Shown here: positions 49,800 through 58,718 of the stretch, in pieces
How the letters are laid out: each line of letters begins with the position of its first letter
Position numbering within the stretch: the stretch's first letter is position 1
DNA from: an uncultured delta proteobacterium
GTDB lineage: Bacteria; Myxococcota_A; Polyangia; Polyangiales; Polyangiaceae
Length of the DNA: 64,000 nucleotides
NCBI GenBank assembly: GCA_963696385.1
Contig: CAVOKF010000001.1
Coordinates: 320,001 to 384,000, forward strand
Direction: 5' to 3'
Program-made: the position numbers and the translations under genes
Notes under the pieces: model-generated
The model's database searches: none
What the model saw: the letters and a program-made list of their open reading frames with translations, nothing else
Told to the model about the DNA's origin: nothing

Positions 49800-50882
49800 T
49801 CAGGCGGCGCGAACGTTCTCGAGCGTGCGTGCCGCTTCTTCCAACGGGCGCCGATCGATCCAGGCGTCGAGGTCGAAGTCTCGATCGAGGACTCCGTGGA
49901 CGAGCAGGAAGTCCTTTTGCTGCCGGAAGAGATCGACGCGATCGGCCGACAAATCGGGCGCAAGCGACTGATGAAAGCCGGCCCGATAGGCTTTTGCGAC
50001 GCCCTCGGCCGTGGCGCCCGTCTCGCTCTGGAGGATCTCTTGCACTCCTTTCAAGTTGGTCTTGGCCCACTCCGCGGCGCGAAGCGTCTGGCGCAGGAAC
50101 CGAACGAGCAAGTCGTAGTGGTGCTCCAAGAAGTATTCGTGCACCGTGACCGGGCGTGGTGTGCCGTTGTTCACCCGAAAGCGCCGCTCGGGCAGCTTGT
50201 CGAGATCGATGCCGACGACGAAGCCGTGCTTCGCCGCCCCGTCGGCCGCCGGGGCGCCCTTGACGTAGATGGCGTCGACCTCGCCCCGGGCGAGCGGCTC
50301 GAAGCTCGGCCAGAAGCTACCGTAGTTGTCGCGAGCGTTTGCATCGGGGGTCCGGTCTTGCCCAGCGCCTACTTCGACCAAGTGCACGTCCTTTAGCGTG
50401 AGACCGACGGAGGCGAGCGCGCCGTCGTAGCCATGGAGGCTCATGTGCCGCGCGATGCTTCGCCCACGCCGATTCTCAGCAATATCGACCGGATTGAAAG
50501 CCGGCAGGGCGAGGCGCCGACCCTTCAATTGCTGCGGCGAACGGATGTCGGAATCGGGCCGTACGAGAATCGATTGACCCTCGTCGATCCAGGTGAGGCC
50601 GATGAGACGCGTCGGGGCGCCCTGCGCCTTGGCCGGAATCGCAAAGAGATTTCCGCCTTCGCGAATGAGCGTGGACAGCTGGTGATCGTAATGGTGATGG
50701 CGGAGCTCCTTGCCGGCGTCTTCCTGCAGGGTGCGAAGGGCAATGCCGTCATTTTTGAACTCGGCGGTCAGATAGCCGAGCTTGTAGGCGATGCCGGACG
50801 CGGTGGGCACACCGCCCCGGCCACCCCCGGCGCAGCGTGTGAACCAGATCTCATCGATTTTGGATTTCGGCGTGATGGCCAT
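49800..50882 (-). CDS. DszB-like desulfinase / cytoplasmic PBP-II fold protein
   Basis: WFTRC...VPTASGIA, HHYDH...REGGN, LIGLTWIDEGQ; no signal peptide; upstream of the DszA-like gene. Confidence 0.75.
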   Translation of the reverse strand: MAITPKSKIDEIWFTRCAGGGRGGVPTASGIAYKLGYLTAEFKNDGIALRTLQEDAGKELRHHHYDHQLSTLIREGGNLFAIPAKAQGAPTRLIGLTWIDEGQSILVRPDSDIRSPQQLKGRRLALPAFNPVDIAENRRGRSIARHMSLHGYDGALASVGLTLKDVHLVEVGAGQDRTPDANARDNYGSFWPSFEPLARGEVDAIYVKGAPAADGAAKHGFVVGIDLDKLPERRFRVNNGTPRPVTVHEYFLEHHYDLLVRFLRQTLRAAEWAKTNLKGVQEILQSETGATAEGVAKAYRAGFHQSLAPDLSADRVDLFRQQKDFLLVHGVLDRDFDLDAWIDRRPLEEAARTLENVRAA

Positions 50883-50947
50883 GGGGTCGTTTCTCCGTTG
50901 GAGTTTGGGGCGCGCTTCGGACCGGATGATGACTTTTATTTGGACCC

Positions 50948-50965
50948 ATGTCCATCATAAAAGAC
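50948..50965. promoter_or_regulatory. ATGTC-N10-GAC motif, copy 2
   Basis: ATGTCCATCATAAAAGAC in the AT-rich divergent spacer between the dszB-like and DLH genes. Confidence 0.55.
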
Positions 50966-51097
50966 ACACGCTCAAAGGTCCGCCGCGCGCCCATTCGCTC
51001 GGAGACCGCTCTCGACGGCGCGGGCGGCGCCTTCTAGTCTTTCTGCGCAGACAGCCGAGCCGGCCCCGCGCCGGCCCTCACAGCCGGAGGGCCTCTC

Positions 51098-52003
51098 ATG
51101 GGAAACGACCGATCTCTCACTCAGGCCAGTGACTTCCATCCCGAAGTGTTGAGGCTCTTCGACCAGTACGTCCACAACGTCATCGACCGACATGCTTTTC
51201 TCGCCGGCGCGGCCCCATTCGCCGTGGGTGGGGTGACGGCGGCGAGCCTTCTCGAGGCGCTGCGTCCCCGGTTCGCCGAGGCTCAGCACGTGCCGAAGGA
51301 AGACCCGCGCCTCCACGGCGAGACCGTCGAGTTCGCGTCGCCGCAAGGCTACGGCAAAGGCCGCGGCTATCTCGTGCGGCCGGCGGCCAAGGCTTTGGCC
51401 AAGCTGCCGACGGTGCTCGTCGTGCACGAGAACCGCGGGTTGAATCCTCACATCGAGGACGTCGCCCGGCGGCTTGCGCTCGAACATTTCGTTGCCTTCG
51501 CACCCGATGCCCTTTTCCCATTGGGGGGGTATCCCGGCGACGAAGACAGGGCGCGGGAAATGTTCTCGAAGCTCGACCCCTCCAAGACGCGGGAAGACTT
51601 CGTCGCTGCGGCGGGCTTCTCGCGGAGCCGGCCCGAGAGCAAAGGCAAGCTCGGCGTCGTGGGCTTCTGCTATGGCGGCGGCATCGCCAACTTTCTTGCG
51701 ACGCGGCTGCCGGACCTCGACGCCGCAGTGCCGTTTTACGGCAGCGCCCCGCCCTCGGACAAGGTCGCCGCCATTCGGGCGCCGCTCCTCATCCATTTTG
51801 CCGAAAACGACGAGCGCATCAACGGCGCATGGCCGGCCTACGAGACCGCGCTCAAAGCGGCCGGCGTGAAGTACGAAGCGTGCACCTATCCGGCGACGCA
51901 ACACGGATTTCACAACGACACCACGCCGCGCTACGACCCCGCGGCCGCCCAGCTCGCCTGGCAGCGTACCCTCGCCTTCTTGAACCGCACGCTGCGCGCC
52001 TAG
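51098..52003 (+). CDS. Dienelactone hydrolase family protein (YghX-like)
   Basis: LFDQYVH, HENRGLNPHIEDVARR, GFCYGG, HGFHNDTTPRYD. Confidence 0.93.
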   Translation: MGNDRSLTQASDFHPEVLRLFDQYVHNVIDRHAFLAGAAPFAVGGVTAASLLEALRPRFAEAQHVPKEDPRLHGETVEFASPQGYGKGRGYLVRPAAKALAKLPTVLVVHENRGLNPHIEDVARRLALEHFVAFAPDALFPLGGYPGDEDRAREMFSKLDPSKTREDFVAAAGFSRSRPESKGKLGVVGFCYGGGIANFLATRLPDLDAAVPFYGSAPPSDKVAAIRAPLLIHFAENDERINGAWPAYETALKAAGVKYEACTYPATQHGFHNDTTPRYDPAAAQLAWQRTLAFLNRTLRA

Positions 52004-52038
52004 AGCACCGAACGTGGTCGTGCCCGCTCCCGCGCCAC

Positions 52039-53808
52039 TCACGCGGACAGCTCGCCGGTTCGGGCCCCTTCCGTCTGAATGGTGAAGAGCTTCGCATAGA
52101 GGCCGCCTGCCCGTCCTGCGAGCGCCGCGTGACGGCCCTGTTCGAGGACGCTGCCGTCCTTGATCACCAATATTTGGTCGGCATTCATCACGGTGCTCAG
52201 GCGGTGGGCAATGATGACCGAGCTTCGTCCCCGCAGTAACCGTTGGAGCCCGCGCTGCACCAGATGCTCGGACTCGGAATCCAGGGCACTCGTGGCCTCG
52301 TCCAAGATGATCATCTCCGGCTCCTTGAGGAGCGCCCGAGCGACGGCGATCCGCTGCTTCTCACCGCCGGACAGCTTGACGCCCCGCTCCCCCACCAGCG
52401 TGGCGTACTGATCCGGCAGATGCTGGATGAAGTCATCCGCGTGGGCTGCAACGGCCGCCTGACGTACCTCGTCCAACGAGGCGGCCGGCTTGGCGAACGC
52501 GATGTTTTCGGCGACGTTGTCGTTGAACAGTGCGACGTCCTGAAGGACGACCCCGAGCTTGCTGCGAACGGAGCGCTGACGGTAGCGGCGCATGTCGAGG
52601 CCGTTCACGAGCACACGGCCCTCGGTCGGATCGTAGAACCGCATGAGGAGCTTGACGATCGTCGTCTTTCCGCTGCCGCTCGGCCCCACGAGGGCAAGCG
52701 ATTGACCCTTGCCTAGCGAGAATGACACGTCGCGCAGCGCATAGACGCTCTTGCCCGGGTAGCGAAAGCTCACGCGCTCGAACGCGATGGTGTCCAGCCT
52801 CTCGAGTTCCAGAGCGTCCGGCGCATCGGTGAGCTCGGCCTCCACGTCCAAGAGCTCGACCAGTCGCTCAGCGCTGCTCTCGACCTCACCCATCTGATTG
52901 ACCTGACGCGAAATGGGGGTGATGGTGTTGATGAGGGTCTGAGTCAGGGTCAGCACGAGCAGGATGTCCCCTGCGGTGTACCGACCCGCCAATGCGCCGC
53001 GTGCCGTGACCGCCACTGCGGCGAAGACTCCCAAGGCGTTTGCGATGTTCAGTGCCAGCGCCGAACGCCACTCGGTGCGGTGTAGGGCGTCTCGCGTCAC
53101 CTTCCACTGCGCCTGGGTCTTGTCGTATCGCTGCTTGACGGCGAGCTCGCCCCCAAAGCTGCGAACGGTCGCGATGTTGCCCACCATTTCGGCCAGCAGG
53201 CCGGTCATTCGTCCCGCGAGCGCCTGCCAGCCACGCCGGTGCGGCTTGGTCCAACCGACCGTCCGGTGCGAAATTACCAAGTTGAACAGCACGACGCACG
53301 TCAAAATGGCACCGATGAGCGGGACCCTGGTGAGGAGCAGTCCGATGATGAAGAGCATTTGGAGAATGCTCGCGAGCGTGCCCTCGGTCAGGGACATGAG
53401 CCACATGGTGATCTGGGTGATCGCTCCGAAGCGATCCATGATCTCACCGACCCGCATCTTCTCGAAGTAGTCGATCGACAAGCGGGTCATGTTGTCGAAC
53501 ACACGCTGCCGAAAGGTGCTGACGGCATCGAGCCACAGATCGTCGGCCTGACGGTCCTGCATCGCGCCCAACAGCACGACCGCCAACCGAAACGCGAAGA
53601 AGGCCGCAATCAACACAGTGATCTGGTGTGCGGCTTGCGGCCGGGAAAGCCGGTGCGACAGCAAACCCGACAGCACGTCGACGATCATCTTGTAGAGTTG
53701 TGGGGTTGCCGTGCCGATGGCTCCGAGAGCCGTTCCGACGACGAAAACGCCGATGACCCGTCCGCGATACTCGGGGATGAACCGAACCGCTCGCCAGATG
53801 TTCTTCAT
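52039..53808 (-). CDS. ABC transporter permease/ATPase fusion (exporter fold)
   Basis: TM domain + GPSGSGKT, LSGGEKQ, LDEATS, AHRL. Confidence 0.95.
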   Translation of the reverse strand: MKNIWRAVRFIPEYRGRVIGVFVVGTALGAIGTATPQLYKMIVDVLSGLLSHRLSRPQAAHQITVLIAAFFAFRLAVVLLGAMQDRQADDLWLDAVSTFRQRVFDNMTRLSIDYFEKMRVGEIMDRFGAITQITMWLMSLTEGTLASILQMLFIIGLLLTRVPLIGAILTCVVLFNLVISHRTVGWTKPHRRGWQALAGRMTGLLAEMVGNIATVRSFGGELAVKQRYDKTQAQWKVTRDALHRTEWRSALALNIANALGVFAAVAVTARGALAGRYTAGDILLVLTLTQTLINTITPISRQVNQMGEVESSAERLVELLDVEAELTDAPDALELERLDTIAFERVSFRYPGKSVYALRDVSFSLGKGQSLALVGPSGSGKTTIVKLLMRFYDPTEGRVLVNGLDMRRYRQRSVRSKLGVVLQDVALFNDNVAENIAFAKPAASLDEVRQAAVAAHADDFIQHLPDQYATLVGERGVKLSGGEKQRIAVARALLKEPEMIILDEATSALDSESEHLVQRGLQRLLRGRSSVIIAHRLSTVMNADQILVIKDGSVLEQGRHAALAGRAGGLYAKLFTIQTEGARTGELSA

Positions 53809-53830
53809 GCAGGCAACCTCATGGGCCCCC

Positions 53831-55702
53831 TCACGCGCTGGCCGCTTCGGGGCGGGCACCCGGCAGAAATCCGTCCACCTGACGGCTCCAGAGGTGCGCA
53901 TACGTGCCGCCCCGCGACCGAAGATCGGCGTGCGTCCCGTCCTCGACGATGCGCCCCGCGTCGAACACGAGGATGCGATCGAGGTGCGCGATGGTCGATA
54001 GCCGGTGCGCGACGACGATGACCGTCTTTTTCGCCATCAAGTCTTCGAGGCTGCTCTGCAGGCGCTTTTCCGTCACCGAATCGAGACTCGAGGTGGCTTC
54101 GTCGAGGATGAGAATCGGGGCATTTTTCAGAATGACGCGCGCGATTGCGATGCGCTGTCTCTGCCCGCCCGACAGCTTGACGCCACGCTCGCCCACGAGC
54201 GAGTCGTAGCCGTCGCCGAGGGCTGCGATGAAATCGTGCGCATGCGCCCGGCGTGCAGCGGTCTCCACGTCCTGGACGCCCGCGCCCGGGCGCCCGTATG
54301 CGATGTTCTCCCGAAGCGTCCGGTGAAAGAGGGTGGGTTCCTGCGGGATGAGGCCGATCTGCTCGTGCAGCGAGCTCAAGCTGACGGCACGAATGTCGAC
54401 TCCGTCGACCGAGATGCTTCCCTTCTGCGGGTCGTACAGCCTCAAAATAAGATTGACCAGGGTCGACTTGCCCGAGCCCGAATAGCCTACGAGGCCTACC
54501 CGCTCTCCGGGGCGAATCGTCAGGTCAAGCCGGTCGAAGACGTTCGATCCAGAACGGTAGGCGAACGTCACCCCGGCGAAGCGAATTTCGCCGCGCCGCA
54601 CGACGAGCGGGGTCGCGTCGGCCCTCTCGGTCAAGTCGTGGGGGCGGACAATCGTGCGCACGCCATTTTCGATGTTGCCCACGTACTCGAAGAACTCCAT
54701 GAAGCGTCGGCCGAGGTTGCGCGCTTCGGTGATGATGAGAAGCGCCATGCTCGTGCTCATCACGAAGGAGCCGAGGTCGATCCGCCCGCGACGCCACAGC
54801 GCCAACGAGAACCAAAGCGTACCGACCTTAAGCGTCAGCGCGGAGAGATGCTGAAACCAGCGAATGCGCTCAGTGTGTGCGTGCGCGACCCGGGCCGCGC
54901 CGACCTCGGATTCGAGATAGCCGTCCACGTAGCGTCGCTCGAAGAGAAGTCTCGCGAAGAGGCGCACGCTCGACACGTTGGCGACCGAGTCCACGAGCTT
55001 TCCGCTCGTGACGCTCCGTGCGGCCGCATGCCGGCGCGCATACGGCTGGCAGCTCTTGGCGAGGACGTAGGAGACCGAAACGAAGACGACGGCCCAAACC
55101 CCGACGAACGCCGCGAGCGCGCCGTTCGCACGAGAGACGAACGTCACGGCCACCGTCAGCGTGATGGCAATGGGCCAGAAATCGAAGAGCAGGGCCCAGA
55201 GCGACTGGGTCACGCCAAGAGCGGTCTCGGAGATTCGATGGGCCAACGCGCCGGCGAACGAATCGTTGAAGTAGCTCTGAGCGTGGTGTTGCAGGTACGC
55301 GTGTAGATCGTTGGTGACCTTCTGCCGGAGCCGGGGGCTCACCGTAAACTGGCAGTTTCCGGCGACACGGCTGAAGACGACCTCGGCAACGCTCAGTGCG
55401 ACAAAGGCGCCGACTATCCTCGGCAGGCCGGGAGGAGCGCCTACGCCCGACGCGACCTTTCGCGTGATGCTGCCCAGGGCGTACGGGATCGAGATGCTCA
55501 CCGCCGCAGAGCCGGTCTCCAAGAGGAAGGTAGCGAGGTACCACCAGCGGAAGAACCTGACGTAACGGCAGGCAAAGCGGAACGGCGTATCGGGCAGGTC
55601 CGGCGGCGACGCACCGCGTGCGTCCGGCACGGGCTGGCCGGCGACGCCGCGGCGAGCGTCGGACGATCGCTCCAGGCCGGATTCGGTAACCGCACAGCTC
55701 AT
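53831..55702 (-). CDS. ABC transporter permease/ATPase fusion (exporter fold)
   Basis: TM domain + GYSGSGKS, LSGGQRQ, LDEATS, AHRL. Confidence 0.95.
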   Translation of the reverse strand: MSCAVTESGLERSSDARRGVAGQPVPDARGASPPDLPDTPFRFACRYVRFFRWWYLATFLLETGSAAVSISIPYALGSITRKVASGVGAPPGLPRIVGAFVALSVAEVVFSRVAGNCQFTVSPRLRQKVTNDLHAYLQHHAQSYFNDSFAGALAHRISETALGVTQSLWALLFDFWPIAITLTVAVTFVSRANGALAAFVGVWAVVFVSVSYVLAKSCQPYARRHAAARSVTSGKLVDSVANVSSVRLFARLLFERRYVDGYLESEVGAARVAHAHTERIRWFQHLSALTLKVGTLWFSLALWRRGRIDLGSFVMSTSMALLIITEARNLGRRFMEFFEYVGNIENGVRTIVRPHDLTERADATPLVVRRGEIRFAGVTFAYRSGSNVFDRLDLTIRPGERVGLVGYSGSGKSTLVNLILRLYDPQKGSISVDGVDIRAVSLSSLHEQIGLIPQEPTLFHRTLRENIAYGRPGAGVQDVETAARRAHAHDFIAALGDGYDSLVGERGVKLSGGQRQRIAIARVILKNAPILILDEATSSLDSVTEKRLQSSLEDLMAKKTVIVVAHRLSTIAHLDRILVFDAGRIVEDGTHADLRSRGGTYAHLWSRQVDGFLPGARPEAASA

Positions 55703-55800
55703 CGGCGTTCACCACCATACCACGGAAGCGCGTCTCATTCAGAAGACTGATGCGAATCATGCCAAGCCACGGCGCATTGGGACGCATTTATTGCAGACCT

Positions 55801-55818
55801 ATGTCTTTTGCTACAGAC
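55801..55818. promoter_or_regulatory. ATGTC-N10-GAC motif, copy 3
   Basis: ATGTCTTTTGCTACAGAC in the divergent spacer between the ABC pair and the ssuA-like gene. Confidence 0.55.
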
Positions 55819-55867
55819 TGAAGCCTCATTCGGGAGTAGAGAGCATGGGGAGTCTTCGGAGAGGGTC

Positions 55868-56908
55868 ATGAGTCGAACCTCGTTGAACGCCAACATCCTG
55901 GCCGTCGTCGTCGGCCTCTCGGGACTTTTTTGGGCTTGTGACTCGCCGAAGAAGTCCCAAGGGATCGCGCCTGAGCCCGCGCCGGGCGACTCTCCACCGA
56001 TCGTCATCCGATTCAGCGACCCAGGCAATGCGGGGGTCTTCGCGTACGCGAAGCGCGAAGGCATTCTCGCCCGAGAGCTCGCGAAGGTCGACGCGACTAT
56101 CGAGTGGGTGCCGGGTGGCGGGTCGTTCAGTGCCACCGCCGATGCGATGAACTCGGGGGCCATCAACGCATCGGGCGGAGCGGTCAGTCCGATCGTCGGA
56201 GCGCTGTCGCACAAGCTGCCGTTTCGCATCTACGCGGTCTCGGATCCGGGCGGCACGCGGCGAGCCGGCATCGTGTCTCCGGCTTCGAGCTCGATCCGGA
56301 CGGTCCAGGATCTGGTGGGCAAACGCGTCGCCGTCAATCTGGCCGCGCATGGCGACTACATCCTGCTAAAGGCTCTGTCGCACGCTGGCGTCCCGGCCGG
56401 ATCCGTCACCCGGGTGCCGATCCAGCCCCCGGATGCCGCGGCGGCGTTCGCGAGCGGCAAGATCGACGCGTGGTCGACGTTCGGCGTGTACTTCTCCACC
56501 GCCGTCCGCAACGGGGCACACGTCGTTGCCACGGAGGACGAGATTCAGTCCGACGATGTTGGCGTGCTTTCGGCGAACGCCGCCGTCCTGGAGAAAGGCC
56601 CTCGGGCCTTCCAGGTGATCTTGAAGGTCTCGCAGGAACTCACCGAGATCGCGCACCAGAGCCCGGAAAAATTCGAAAACGTCTTCACCGAAAAGGGGCC
56701 GACCGCTCTTTCGGGCGAAGAGCTCCGGACGGCGACCGAAGAGACCCGCACGCTGCCTGCCTTTCGCATTCCGAACGCTGCCGACCGAATCCGGATTGCC
56801 AACGTGGCGAGGTTGCTTTTTGACAACCATTCGATCGATCGCGACATCTCGGTTGCCGAAATCGTCTTCGACATCGACGAGGCGGCCAAGAGAGCCTCCG
56901 CCAACTGA
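55868..56908 (+). CDS. ssuA: Sulfonate ABC transporter substrate-binding lipoprotein (SsuA/TauA family)
   Basis: Lipobox-like FWAC, SIRTVQDLVGKRVAV, DAAAAFASGKIDAW. Confidence 0.8.
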   Translation: MSRTSLNANILAVVVGLSGLFWACDSPKKSQGIAPEPAPGDSPPIVIRFSDPGNAGVFAYAKREGILARELAKVDATIEWVPGGGSFSATADAMNSGAINASGGAVSPIVGALSHKLPFRIYAVSDPGGTRRAGIVSPASSSIRTVQDLVGKRVAVNLAAHGDYILLKALSHAGVPAGSVTRVPIQPPDAAAAFASGKIDAWSTFGVYFSTAVRNGAHVVATEDEIQSDDVGVLSANAAVLEKGPRAFQVILKVSQELTEIAHQSPEKFENVFTEKGPTALSGEELRTATEETRTLPAFRIPNAADRIRIANVARLLFDNHSIDRDISVAEIVFDIDEAAKRASAN

Positions 56909-56963
56909 ACGGCTCGACGGCTTCGGCGGAGAGACGACCGCGATCGCGCCCGACAGGCAGCCC

Positions 56964-57926
56964 ATGCAGCAAAAGCCCGCTTCCCTCTTCCGCCCCTTCT
57001 CCATCGAGTCCATCGAGTCGCCCTCTCCCGCCGCTTTGTCTCCAACGGCGGAGTTTCCCGCTCCAGCGGTGGGACGGCGGCCGGCTTCGACCGCGCCGGT
57101 CACGGCGCCGGCGCCCACCCCGCGTCTCGAACGGCCCGTGTTTCTGGGCACGAGACCCCGCTCGCGCGCCCTTTCGGTGTCGGTGCGCGCGAGCGTCCCG
57201 TCGGTGCTTCTCGTCGGCTGGTGGTACGGGACGCGATCGGGGGCCATTCCGGCCGCCGTTTTCGCCTCGCCGGGCGACGTCGTCCGTGCGCTGATGGAGA
57301 TCCACGATACCGGTCAGCTGCGCGAGTTTCTCGAGGCATCGCTGATGCGTGCAGGGCTTGGCGTCGCTTTGGGGGTCTCGGCGGGTCTGGTCTTGGGCGT
57401 CGGAGCCGGTCTTTCGGCGTTGGGAGAGGAGATCGTCGACCCGACGATGCAGATGATCCGCGCCGTCCCCTTCCTGGCGATGGTGCCGCTCTTCATCTCC
57501 TGGTTCGGAATCGATGAGACCTTCAAGGTGGCACTCATCGGAGTCGCATCGGCATTTCCGATGTATGCGTATTCCTACTTGGGAGTGCGCAACGTGGATC
57601 GCAAAGTGGTCGAAATGGCTCGATGCTTCGGACTGCGCGGGTGGGGGCTCTTGTCGCGCATCATCTTGCCGAGCGCGCTGCCCAGTCTGCTCATGGCTCT
57701 GCGGATCTGCCTGGCGGTGAGCGTCATCGGCCTCATCGGCGCGGAGCAAGTCGGCACGACGAAGGGCATCGGCTACCTCGTTCTTCTCGCGAAGCAATAC
57801 TACCGGCAGGACTACATGGTGCTGTGCATCGTGCTGTACGCCGCTCTGGGATTGGTGTTCGATCTGTTCATCCGCACGGTCGAGCGTGTCACGATGCCTT
57901 GGCGTCGCCACACGGCGGCACGATGA
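56964..57926 (+). CDS. ssuC: Sulfonate ABC transporter permease
   Basis: DPTMQMIRAVPFLAMVPLFISWFGIDE..K, GVRNVDRKVVE, LPSALPS, AEQ..GIGYL. Confidence 0.88.
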   Translation: MQQKPASLFRPFSIESIESPSPAALSPTAEFPAPAVGRRPASTAPVTAPAPTPRLERPVFLGTRPRSRALSVSVRASVPSVLLVGWWYGTRSGAIPAAVFASPGDVVRALMEIHDTGQLREFLEASLMRAGLGVALGVSAGLVLGVGAGLSALGEEIVDPTMQMIRAVPFLAMVPLFISWFGIDETFKVALIGVASAFPMYAYSYLGVRNVDRKVVEMARCFGLRGWGLLSRIILPSALPSLLMALRICLAVSVIGLIGAEQVGTTKGIGYLVLLAKQYYRQDYMVLCIVLYAALGLVFDLFIRTVERVTMPWRRHTAAR

Positions 57927-58690
57927 TGCAGCCATCGCCGGCAGTGGCGTCGCACGATCGCGCCCGATCGGAAGGCGACGATCTGGCGATTCGAATTTCG
58001 GGCGTCTCGAAGCGATTCGGCGCGAAAGTGATCCTCGACCGAATCGATCTCGAGATTCGGCGCGGGCAGTTCGTGGTGCTCCTCGGTCCGAGCGGCACCG
58101 GCAAGACGACGTTGCTCCGGATCCTCGCTGGGCTCGAAGAGGCCGACCAAGGGGTCGTGCTCGTGCCCCGGGTGAGGACGATTGTGTATCAGGAGCCGCG
58201 TCTCGTTCAATCGATGCGCGTCGCCGCGAACGTGGCGATCGGGCAGCCGCGCACCCAAGCGACTCGCGACGCCGCGCTCCGCGCTCTCTCGGAGGTCGGA
58301 CTTCAGGATCACGCCCGCGCGTGGCCCGCGACGCTGTCGGGTGGCGAAGCCCAGCGCGTTGCGCTGGCTCGTGCGCTCGTGCGAAGTCCCGATCTGCTGC
58401 TGCTCGACGAGCCGTTCGCCTCGCTTGATGCATTGACGCGCTTGCAGATGCAGGATCTGGTGGTCCGACTCGTCGCCGTGCACCGGCCGGCGGCATTGCT
58501 CGTGACGCACGATCCGGACGAGGCGCTCTGTCTGGCCGATCGCATCTTGATCCTCCGATCGGGCAGCTTCGCTCTCGACCTTCGGATCACCGCATCGCGC
58601 CAGCACGACCGCAACGATGCCGAGTTTCTGCGAACTCGCCGCCTGCTTCTCGAGACGCTCGGGGTCCTGCCGCCCGCCGTCGGCCGCTAG
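57923..58690 (+). CDS. ssuB: Sulfonate ABC transporter ATP-binding subunit
   Basis: GPSGTGKT, WPATLSGGEAQR, LDEPFASLDALTR, VTHD. Confidence 0.9.
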   Translation: MMQPSPAVASHDRARSEGDDLAIRISGVSKRFGAKVILDRIDLEIRRGQFVVLLGPSGTGKTTLLRILAGLEEADQGVVLVPRVRTIVYQEPRLVQSMRVAANVAIGQPRTQATRDAALRALSEVGLQDHARAWPATLSGGEAQRVALARALVRSPDLLLLDEPFASLDALTRLQMQDLVVRLVAVHRPAALLVTHDPDEALCLADRILILRSGSFALDLRITASRQHDRNDAEFLRTRRLLLETLGVLPPAVGR

Positions 58691-58718
58691 AGCGCGGAAC
58701 GGCACGAAGCGTCCCCTG

